A stretch of 56,414 bases of DNA, from positions 1 to 56,414 of IMG/VR virus record IMGVR_UViG_3300005253_000563; one strand, given 5' to 3'. The position numbers were made by a program, and so were the translations under genes. How positions within the stretch are numbered: the stretch's first letter is position 1; each line of letters begins with the position of its first letter. Source of the DNA: a virus (lineage: Duplodnaviria; Caudoviricetes). Below, piece by piece: positions 48,658 to 56,414 of the stretch. Below the pieces are notes generated by a model. The model worked only from the letters and a program-made list of their open reading frames with translations, was not told the DNA's origin and did not search any database.

Positions 48658-49866
48658 ATGCCCGGTAAATTTGTTATATGCACCATAGAGGGCTGCAATG
48701 AGGATGTAGCCAAAGGTCGGCTCAAATACTGCTCCGATTCTTGTCGCAAGAAGTTTGCTCGTCGCCGACACGAGGACGGGGTTAATATCAAAACAACAGA
48801 CGAGCGGGTTGAACGTGAGCGACAGAAGATGCGTGCTGAAGAGGACAAGAAGCTCCTCAAGAGCCTAGCTCGAAGTGAGGCTAAGCGTGAACTGTACGTC
48901 AGCGCCGTTCAGGAGGCGCTCAGCGCGTTTAAACCTAGTACCCCTCGTCCCTGGCTAATCAAACAGGATAGAACGACTGACGTGGACTGGGAGATTGATA
49001 TATCCGATTGGCATGTGGGCCAGAGTACACCACAGGAGACTACAGGGGGCATGTACGAGCAGACCACCGAAATCGTGCAGAAGCAAGTGGATAGCCTCCT
49101 ACATGCTATGTCTCTTATCTATCATGAAGCCAATGGTAAGCGGGTGAAGCGCCTCTGGGTTAACATCATGGGCGATCTGATTGAGAATGATAACATGCGT
49201 CCCTCTCAACTTAGAGAGATTGACCTTCCTGTAGTGAAGCAGACTATTGTAGCTTACGACCTTGTGAGTTATTTTTTACGTACTTGTTTGGAGATGCCTG
49301 GTCTTGAAGAATTGGTTGTGGATATTTCGGGGGGTAACCATGATCGCACCACACAGAAAGCAGGGAATGCAGGCCTAGGCGAATCAGATTATGTCGATTG
49401 TTTCTCCTTTATCATAGGGGAGTTTATCAAACGGGGGTTCGAGGATGATCCCCGAGTCAGTGTTACTAACTGGGAGACTTTCTTTGGTACCCGAGAGTTT
49501 GGGGGTATTCGCCATGTCTTTGAGCATGGGTCCAGCATTAGAGGTAGTGGAGGTTCCTACGGGGGCATCCCCTTCTACCCAATCATCAGGGCGGCACAGC
49601 AGTACGAGTCCATGTTGGGTGGGGTCGATATGGTACACTTTGGACACCTACACACTCCGTACCTACTACCCCTCGGTCAGGATGGTTGGGTGGTGGGGAA
49701 CGGGGCACTACCCGCTACGTCCACGTTCGTACAATCCCGCTACAAGAAGATACGCCGCCCACAACAGTGGCTTATCGAGTTTCACCACAGTGTAGGAGCC
49801 ACCAAATTTGAGCCGCTCTACGCAGACCTAGGTCTACCAAAGCCTGGGGATGTGTGGAAGAAGTAA
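48658..49866 (+). CDS. Calcineurin-like metallophosphoesterase with N-terminal Zn finger
   Basis: C....C...YCS..C; SDWH, GDLIE, GNHD, EHG, GHLH. Confidence 0.85.
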   Translation: MPGKFVICTIEGCNEDVAKGRLKYCSDSCRKKFARRRHEDGVNIKTTDERVERERQKMRAEEDKKLLKSLARSEAKRELYVSAVQEALSAFKPSTPRPWLIKQDRTTDVDWEIDISDWHVGQSTPQETTGGMYEQTTEIVQKQVDSLLHAMSLIYHEANGKRVKRLWVNIMGDLIENDNMRPSQLREIDLPVVKQTIVAYDLVSYFLRTCLEMPGLEELVVDISGGNHDRTTQKAGNAGLGESDYVDCFSFIIGEFIKRGFEDDPRVSVTNWETFFGTREFGGIRHVFEHGSSIRGSGGSYGGIPFYPIIRAAQQYESMLGGVDMVHFGHLHTPYLLPLGQDGWVVGNGALPATSTFVQSRYKKIRRPQQWLIEFHHSVGATKFEPLYADLGLPKPGDVWKK

Positions 49867-49869
49867 ATC

Positions 49870-49878
49870 TGGTATAAT
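49870..49878 (+). promoter_or_regulatory. Extended -10 promoter
   Basis: TGGTATAAT in the intergenic gap before GGAGGT RBS. Confidence 0.5.
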
Positions 49879-49896
49879 GTCCTTGGAGGTGCAAGA

Positions 49897-50394
49897 ATGA
49901 AAACCTTACCAGTGGTCTACTTAGCCGGTCCTATGGCTGGCTGTACCTATGATGAGGCTGATGGTTGGAGGCAATACGTAAGGAACCTTCTTCCTGAGTG
50001 TGATGTCCGATCACCAATGCGAGGAAAAAACTTCCTTCAGGACTTGAAGACCATCCCTACAGGTATTGGGGTTCAGTCGCATGAGCTGGCAGTCAATGCT
50101 GTAGATGCGGCCATATCTAGTCCCCACGCTATTGTCATACGAGATCATGCGGATGTAACTGAGGCTGATGCTGTTATTGTTAATCTCAGCAAGGCTACTA
50201 GTGTTAGTATTGGTACTTGCTTTGAGTTGGCCTGGTGTTGGGAACAACAGAAGCCCGCTGTTGTTGTAATGCCTAAGGATTCTCCACATGAGCATCCCTT
50301 CATTCGGGAGGCTGCTTATGCTGTCGTACCCTCGATAAATGATGCGGTTATGGTAGCCAGAACATATCTCAACTTGGAGGTATATGCAGAATGA
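49897..50394 (+). CDS. Nucleoside 2-deoxyribosyltransferase-like protein
   Basis: VYLAGPM, WR, RD...V..AD, SIGT.FE. Confidence 0.88.
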   Translation: MKTLPVVYLAGPMAGCTYDEADGWRQYVRNLLPECDVRSPMRGKNFLQDLKTIPTGIGVQSHELAVNAVDAAISSPHAIVIRDHADVTEADAVIVNLSKATSVSIGTCFELAWCWEQQKPAVVVMPKDSPHEHPFIREAAYAVVPSINDAVMVARTYLNLEVYAE

Positions 50395-50602
50395 AAGGAT
50401 GGGGACGTTACAATCGTACAACTCCGGCCTGCGACCACCTCATCAGCTTACGCGAGTTCTTAGTACGTAATCGTATGAGTGTATATTCAGAACACGGTGA
50501 AGAACCAGACGGATGGATCAATTGGATCAATATCCATTGTAAGCAGTGCCACCGTGTATATGAGGAAGTGTTACAAGCACCTTGGTATGGGGAGGTTTAC
50601 TG

Positions 50603-50893
50603 ATGCCATATATTACACCAGAAGACCGTGCTCTAATATCTCTTCGGTATGGTACCCAACGTTGTCACCCATGTACTGCGGGTGAATTGAATTTTGTTTT
50701 TACCGAACTGATTTTAGAGTACCTTGAAGTATGTGGGCTTTCGTATCAAACATGTAATGATATCATTGGTGCTCTCGAACAGGCCAAGGATGAATTCCGC
50801 AGACGTGTGGTGCACCGTTATGAAGACATAAAAATAGAAGAGAATGGGGACGTTTATGACCCCCAGTATACCGGGGAGGGACAAGTATGGTAA
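50603..50893 (+). CDS. Conserved phage protein
   Basis: MPYI, GELNF, GALE.AK.EF.RR.V..YED.KI.ENGDVY. Confidence 0.75.
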   Translation: MPYITPEDRALISLRYGTQRCHPCTAGELNFVFTELILEYLEVCGLSYQTCNDIIGALEQAKDEFRRRVVHRYEDIKIEENGDVYDPQYTGEGQVW

Positions 50894-51834
50894 TGCTCCA
50901 CGGAATTGACTGTTCTTACGACCCGCTTACCGACTCAGAAGCTGCTGCCCTAAAACAACACGATATCAAAATTTTTGGTGCTTGTCTCTGGACAGCCGCT
51001 GAAGCTCCCAGCGTTCGTATCTCTAACTTGCGAGTAGCAGAGAGAGCAGGGTTGCACACTTGGGGGTACCTCTCTCTAAATGGGATGGGAAATGGAGCCT
51101 ATCATGTCGACCAAGCTCTTAGGAACTTTCCCCGAGACCTCTGGGATCATTTCTTGTTTGTAGCTGTAGATGTAGAGCTTCCAGGTATTTACGAAACAGA
51201 TATCCTTGAGGCCTGTCACGCTGTAGGGTTGGCTGGCCAGAAGGCAGTCATCTACACCAACTATAATAGCTGGCAGAACTACGTGACGCCTAGCAACACT
51301 TCTGCCTTAGCACAATTAGACGTACCCCTACTCAACGCCTTCTGGGACGGAGACCCTGACGTAGACTTCTCTAAGTACCCCTTCGGTGGTTGGCGTCCCG
51401 ATCAGGTTATTGGGGAGCAATACACAGGCGGGCAGTACGTCCAAGGTCAGTACGCAGACAACGCGATGTTCTATGAAGATCGACTCAATATCAATAAGGA
51501 GGATGACACCATGGGAATGACGCCAAATGAGACAGCGGATTTCAGAACTATCCAACGGAAATTGAAAACTCAAGCTAATAAGATAGCTATGCTAGAGCGG
51601 CTCATGTCCTGCCAACTAGACTTCAGTCGCTCCCTTGCTGACCGTGTGAACGCTATTCGCTGTACTGTGGACGGACTGCTTACTATCTTGAAGCAGACTG
51701 GTCTTATTAGTAGCAACACTATTCTTGATGGCTATCAAACAGAAGTAAATAAGATGCAACTACGCTTCGAGATGAAGTTCAAGGCCCTTACGCACTTCAT
51801 GCGTAACGTCCGGAAGTCGGGGTATGGGGAGTAA
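50887..51834 (+). CDS. GH25-like muramidase (endolysin candidate)
   Basis: GIDCS, VDVE, IYT, GGW...QYT; C-terminal coiled coil. Confidence 0.7.
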   Translation: MVMLHGIDCSYDPLTDSEAAALKQHDIKIFGACLWTAAEAPSVRISNLRVAERAGLHTWGYLSLNGMGNGAYHVDQALRNFPRDLWDHFLFVAVDVELPGIYETDILEACHAVGLAGQKAVIYTNYNSWQNYVTPSNTSALAQLDVPLLNAFWDGDPDVDFSKYPFGGWRPDQVIGEQYTGGQYVQGQYADNAMFYEDRLNINKEDDTMGMTPNETADFRTIQRKLKTQANKIAMLERLMSCQLDFSRSLADRVNAIRCTVDGLLTILKQTGLISSNTILDGYQTEVNKMQLRFEMKFKALTHFMRNVRKSGYGE

Positions 51835-52382
51835 TGGCGCATTGCGCATACTGCGGTCCTAATAACCCCTGTCGAGGTCACACAGGAGAGCACGACCCCG
51901 AGAAGGCTCTCCACTACTCAGAGGGGAAGCCTGGTGTAGACCAAATACCTGTAGAGGTGCTACTTGAATGGGGTGAGGTCTTTAGCTATGGAGAGAAGAA
52001 GTATGATCGGGCCAACTGGCTGAAGGGTAATGATTGGCACCAGTTTCAGGGGAGCGCCTTACGTCACATCTACGCCTTCTGGAGGGGAGAAGACATTGAT
52101 CCCGAATCGGGCCTACCTCACCTTTCTCATGCTCTGTGGAACATCGGAGCACTCCGCTACTACCAGATACATGGAATAGGGAATGACGATAGGCCGATAC
52201 ATCATCTTGACCTTTCTGGCCTCTGTGATGACGATAGTCCTCAGTACATTTGTGTTGACTGCAATCACACTACTTGTAGGGCAATTCGGAATCTCCGTGA
52301 GGACATAGAAGTATTGGACGATTTGAAGGCCGTGATCTTAGCTAACATACAGGAGGGTAACAGTGAACAAGAAACCGAATAG
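51834..52382 (+). CDS. dATP/dGTP diphosphohydrolase (DUF5664-like)
   Basis: GK....IP, YG.KKY...NW.KG, RH..AF..GEDIDPESGLPHL.HA. Confidence 0.88.
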   Translation: MAHCAYCGPNNPCRGHTGEHDPEKALHYSEGKPGVDQIPVEVLLEWGEVFSYGEKKYDRANWLKGNDWHQFQGSALRHIYAFWRGEDIDPESGLPHLSHALWNIGALRYYQIHGIGNDDRPIHHLDLSGLCDDDSPQYICVDCNHTTCRAIRNLREDIEVLDDLKAVILANIQEGNSEQETE

Positions 52383-52845
52383 TGATCGATCCAGCCGAGC
52401 ACAGAAACGACGGGCCGAACGTGAAGAGACCAAAAGTCCTGCCCAGCCACAAGGAGGAATCCCAGCTAAGGAGGTATTTTCCCAGCTAGGGGAATTGCAG
52501 TTCCGCTACAATACTCTTGTTGAGGCGAATGCCCGCCTTGGGCAGGAGTTGGCTGGGAAGGAGGCCGCTATTGAGAACCTCAACGCTCTGATAGAGAAGT
52601 TGACTCCAAAGTCCGAACCACAGACGCCAGATACCCTGCCTGAGATGATGGAGAAGAGACAGGAACCTACCGATCTGGAGTTGATAGAAGAGCATCTAGC
52701 TAACCAGAGGCCCAGCGAAGAAGAGGTCACTCAGGCAATACAGGCAAAGCAAGAGTCAGAAGAAGAGGAAAGACCTCTGGCGGATATTATAGGTCAGCTT
52801 CCGCGTGATGCGTCAGATGAGAAGGCGAAACCATTAGAGGACTAG
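52363..52845 (+). CDS. Acidic coiled-coil protein
   Basis: 160 aa, AGGAGG RBS; last gene of the + arm. Confidence 0.65.
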   Translation: MNKKPNSDRSSRAQKRRAEREETKSPAQPQGGIPAKEVFSQLGELQFRYNTLVEANARLGQELAGKEAAIENLNALIEKLTPKSEPQTPDTLPEMMEKRQEPTDLELIEEHLANQRPSEEEVTQAIQAKQESEEEERPLADIIGQLPRDASDEKAKPLED

Positions 52846-53081
52846 ACTAAGAACTGTCGTACTATCTCAGCAATAGCCGCCAACAGGCCGATGAGCCCTA
52901 CGGGTATCACGGCCTGTTTTGCTTGTGAGAGCCTACCATGATGATTATCTGTGTGTACTTTTATGCTATCAAGGACACGCCCGAGCATGGCAGCATCGTC
53001 TCCATGTTTTTCTTCATGGCGTTCCTGCCACCGTTTAATAGCAGCGACATCCTTCTCAATGCGATCTAGTTTATCAGGCAT
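52842..53081 (-). CDS. Coiled coil plus C-terminal TM protein (holin/XhlA-like candidate)
   Basis: LDRIEKDV...single C-terminal TM; end of tail operon. Confidence 0.5.
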   Translation of the reverse strand: MPDKLDRIEKDVAAIKRWQERHEEKHGDDAAMLGRVLDSIKVHTDNHHGRLSQAKQAVIPVGLIGLLAAIAEIVRQFLV

Positions 53082-53084
53082 AGT

Positions 53085-53306
53085 CTATTCCTCTATCAGA
53101 CGGAGTTGTTCCCACACTTTGAGGGTCTCTGCTACAGTTAGTATGCCCATGATGCTGACCCCTAGCATATAGGCTACTGTCTCCCACTCATCTTTAGTCT
53201 TTCCTATACGCTCCAGGAAGTGAGAGCCTATAGAGGCACAAGACATAGCTGCTACGACGGAGAAGGGGGCTTTCCATGCATACATAACATGTTTATTATA
53301 ACACAT
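53085..53306 (-). CDS. Small 2-TM membrane protein (holin candidate)
   Basis: Two hydrophobic segments; start uncertain. Confidence 0.45.
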   Translation of the reverse strand: MCYNKHVMYAWKAPFSVVAAMSCASIGSHFLERIGKTKDEWETVAYMLGVSIMGILTVAETLKVWEQLRLIEE

Positions 53307-53307
53307 G

Positions 53308-56300
53308 TTATTGTGCTAGACCCAGAGCTTGTAGGTCGTCAATGACTGCGTTGATTACTTGTTTGACATCAGCCACGTCAGCTACCAGTTTATCAATAGC
53401 ATCGTGAACCTTGTCTGCGTTAGCCTCACTAGAATACCCCCAACCCCCATTAGTAGCTACAAGGTCTCCCACGGCTGTAGCGGTAGGATTAGCATGTGTC
53501 TTGTCTGCTGTTGCGTAGGTCTGCGTATAGGCACCAGGTTGAACAATGGCTGTTACGCCAAAAAAGCCGAGTTTTGCGTTTAGGTAGTCCACGTAGAAGA
53601 CATCAGGGTCTTGCAGAAGAATGTCCGGCCCCGCCGCCCCTGTGTTGGCATCCCAAAGGAACGTCGGCTGGCTAACGGTGGGGAGGACAGAGCGATTAGG
53701 GGCCGTGTTGCCGCAGGCATTGATAAGCCTAGCGTCAGCGTCCGTCAGCGTACCTTTACCGACAGCTAACCAGAGAACGTCCCCGTTAAATGGGTTACTA
53801 GCAGTGCCATCACTACCTATGTCAAAGGTACTGTCAGGAATTGTAGGAATGTCAGTATTACCCGTGGAGGAAAAAGCAGCCCCCTTGACAGAGAGCGCAA
53901 TGTCTGTAGCTGTCCACGTAGCGATTATGGTTATCTCATCTTCTGCGCTAAAAGTATCAAGCACCCCCAAAGTCCCACCCCCGGCTATGTGCCTTCCTAT
54001 AGTCCACCGTCCATTGGAAGCCCAATATACCCCTATCCAGTCCGAAGCGAAACTTCCCCATTCAAAAAGACGATTATTGGCAGGAGCATCAGACGGATTA
54101 GCCGACGACCTTGATGGACGGCATCGAACAGCAACCCACCCTTGAGTTTCACCCAATTCTGCATCTGGGGCTGGGGCCTGCACGCGGTCTATACCACGTG
54201 ACACCGTACCACCATCCGTCTCGACGTAGGGTGTAGCGTTGGCCGGAGCTTCCGACTGAAATCCGTCAGCCTGCCACGTAATGCCCTGAGCTGTGTTAGT
54301 CTTGATATAAAGGCGGAACGTCGTTGAACCGCCACCTGTAGTAGCCGTCACGGACAAACGTGTCCACTCAGTAGTTAGTGTATGAGTCGAGCCTACCTGG
54401 AAGCCAGATACGTTATCCCAGAGAGCTACGTGAATTGTACCTCCACCGGTACCTCGCACCCAAACGGAGACCGTATATTCAGTGCCCGCCGAGGCAGCGA
54501 AAGCATGGTACACCCCTTCGTTCGCCGTCGAACCATTGGCCACAACCTCTAGGGACGCTGAACCGAACTTGAATTGTGATGTAATGCGCGAGAGAGCAGC
54601 GTCCCCAGAAACCACGAAGCCGGTAGTGTTTGTCTCGATTCCGCCATTAGTTACGAGATTGGTCGTTGGTTCCCAAATACCGAAGGAGGAGTCGGGGAAC
54701 ACACGGCCGTCACCCTCCAGGGCCAGAGCACGGGTCTTGTCCGTAATCTCGTTGCCAGAAAGCGTCAGTTCAATCTGGTCGCCGATGCCCAACTCGGGAT
54801 GAAGCGTCTGCCCCCATATCAAGCCATCTCGAATAACGGCGCCTTCTAGCTCAACTCCTGCCACGGCCGTACGTTCGTTGATGATATCCACCGCGAGCAG
54901 GCCATCGAATGAAGAATTGCCTGTTATATGTAATGTTCCATTGACTTCAAGTTTAGAGTCAGGTGCTACTTCTCCTATGCCGACCTTCTGAAAAGCGTCG
55001 ATAAAGATAGCACTGATGTTGTTGGTCCTAATGTCTAGGGGGTCGTCTGTGATGGTCCCCATAATTCCACCAACAGAGGAGGCGAAAAGAAATGTCTCAA
55101 CGTCATTTGTGCTGTCTCTAACCGATAGATTACTTGGGCCAGCTCTTGTTACCAGTAGGTCAGTTGCCGATATATCAGACCCGTCTATTCCTGCTCCCAC
55201 ATGCAACAATTCTTGAGGGGTGGTGGTGCCGATACCGACATTTCCATCGACAATCAAGGTGTTGATGTTCAGATTCCCACTCTCATCCCACTCGTACACT
55301 ATCACGTCTGCGATCTGCACCTTGTCCTCAATAGGAGAGGTGATGCTTCCTCCCCTGGTGCGGGTGATGCGGATACGGTAGTTGCCACTATGAACGACCC
55401 ATGCAGGACTGACTACATCGTCTGCTTCCCAGGCCATCACTCCAGTGTTCTGCATCCCGTTTGTGCCGTCCGCAGGGGAGAACGGTTCCCACAGCCCGCC
55501 CGCCTTAGAGTATTCAAACGTTGGCTTGACATCCTTGCTTGCTACGGTAGCTAAGAGAAACTCGATCTCAAAGAACTGGCCCGCGTCGCCTATGGTGATG
55601 GTGTCATTATCCGCGACGAAGAACACGATGTTGTTGCCCGCTGTGGTAAACTCTGTCAGTCTATCGACGGCTTTTACCAGCGCCACATCCATGTTCATGA
55701 ACGTACCTGAGAACTGAAGCATGGGCCCCACCAAAATACCGGCCTCAACGGCATGGACATCGGCTGAGCCCTCTGTGGCCAACACCTCTAGCGCGACAAC
55801 ATTTCCGCCCCCAGCTGCCGATTCGTCAATGTTTACGAGGATAGCTTCCTCGTCATCACCCGCGCCTATCGCACCCGTAGTCAAGACGATATCTTGTGCG
55901 TGGACATTACCTTGTCCAGCAGCGTCAACAATCAGTTCTAGTGCGTGCTCACCCGGGGCGGCGGCGGTGTGGAAGATATCCACGGCGCCATCATGGCCGA
56001 TGGTCATTAACTCCGTGCCAGCAGCATCGAAGTGGATTATGTCTTCGTCGGCGGACTCCTCGACCTGGACTTGGGTGTCGCCGTCAGCATCTACAAGAAG
56101 GTCGTTACCCCTCCAAGAGGGAGTAGTTTCGCCATTATCAATTCCTAGTACATTACGCGAGCCCGCGCTTGGGGCCGAAATGACTAGTTCATCCCATAAG
56201 CGGCCACTAGTCCCGACAATAAGAGAGCCCGCGTCCGGAATGTCAGATGTAGTGTCGGTGTGGAAGGCGCCGTCTAGTATGGCGTGCCCAATGGCTGTGG

Positions 56301-56414
56301 CCGGGGATACCCATTTAAGCCCCGTGGCCTGAGCACTATCGGCGACGAGGAGTGTATCGTTAGCCCCTACCCCCAACTCGGCTGGCGTAGAGGCTCCTGA
56401 GGCCCCGTAAATAC
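53308..56414 (-). CDS. Tail fibre / receptor-binding protein (5' partial)
   Basis: Frame open to the window edge; GNVGIGTT.P repeats, CBM-like NLVTNGG...YTVSVWVRG, LamG-like region. Confidence 0.75.
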   Translation of the reverse strand, partial: IYGASGASTPAELGVGANDTLLVADSAQATGLKWVSPATAIGHAILDGAFHTDTTSDIPDAGSLIVGTSGRLWDELVISAPSAGSRNVLGIDNGETTPSWRGNDLLVDADGDTQVQVEESADEDIIHFDAAGTELMTIGHDGAVDIFHTAAAPGEHALELIVDAAGQGNVHAQDIVLTTGAIGAGDDEEAILVNIDESAAGGGNVVALEVLATEGSADVHAVEAGILVGPMLQFSGTFMNMDVALVKAVDRLTEFTTAGNNIVFFVADNDTITIGDAGQFFEIEFLLATVASKDVKPTFEYSKAGGLWEPFSPADGTNGMQNTGVMAWEADDVVSPAWVVHSGNYRIRITRTRGGSITSPIEDKVQIADVIVYEWDESGNLNINTLIVDGNVGIGTTTPQELLHVGAGIDGSDISATDLLVTRAGPSNLSVRDSTNDVETFLFASSVGGIMGTITDDPLDIRTNNISAIFIDAFQKVGIGEVAPDSKLEVNGTLHITGNSSFDGLLAVDIINERTAVAGVELEGAVIRDGLIWGQTLHPELGIGDQIELTLSGNEITDKTRALALEGDGRVFPDSSFGIWEPTTNLVTNGGIETNTTGFVVSGDAALSRITSQFKFGSASLEVVANGSTANEGVYHAFAASAGTEYTVSVWVRGTGGGTIHVALWDNVSGFQVGSTHTLTTEWTRLSVTATTGGGSTTFRLYIKTNTAQGITWQADGFQSEAPANATPYVETDGGTVSRGIDRVQAPAPDAELGETQGWVAVRCRPSRSSANPSDAPANNRLFEWGSFASDWIGVYWASNGRWTIGRHIAGGGTLGVLDTFSAEDEITIIATWTATDIALSVKGAAFSSTGNTDIPTIPDSTFDIGSDGTASNPFNGDVLWLAVGKGTLTDADARLINACGNTAPNRSVLPTVSQPTFLWDANTGAAGPDILLQDPDVFYVDYLNAKLGFFGVTAIVQPGAYTQTYATADKTHANPTATAVGDLVATNGGWGYSSEANADKVHDAIDKLVADVADVKQVINAVIDDLQALGLAQ

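Noticed and set aside
1-56414. Alternative genetic code or stop-codon reassignment
   Set aside because: Core genes are full length in the standard code and all three stops are used at coupled junctions
53308-56414. Diversity-generating retroelement target in the tail fibre
   Set aside because: No reverse transcriptase and no template/variable repeat pair seen in the window

Overview
A 56 kb stretch of a tailed dsDNA bacteriophage genome, apparently most of a circularly permuted genome. No integrase, repressor or major capsid gene is recognisable in the window. Minus strand 1-12.2 kb is a packaging/head module: terminase large subunit, portal, very basic proteins and two paralogous virion-type proteins. 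Plus strand 12.2-52.8 kb has an AC-rich non-coding segment, ~50 small early genes, a repeat-rich origin-like locus, then SF2 helicase, DnaB, primase, SSB, RecA, split SbcC plus SbcD, resolvase, UDG-PolA fusion, a second degenerate PolA, two DNA methyltransferases, nucleotide-pool enzymes and a GH25-like lysin. Minus strand 52.8-56.4 kb is the end of the tail/lysis module. The most unusual signals are not in the ORF track: an 80-nt tmRNA reduced to its tRNA-like domain (9884-9963), two promoter-to-terminator small RNAs (~11993-12164, ~15389-15552), three sigma28-like promoter boxes, several genes that appear to need non-AUG starts, and a C5-methyltransferase with a second subunit in an overlapping frame. 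All calls come from motif recognition by eye; no database searches were run.
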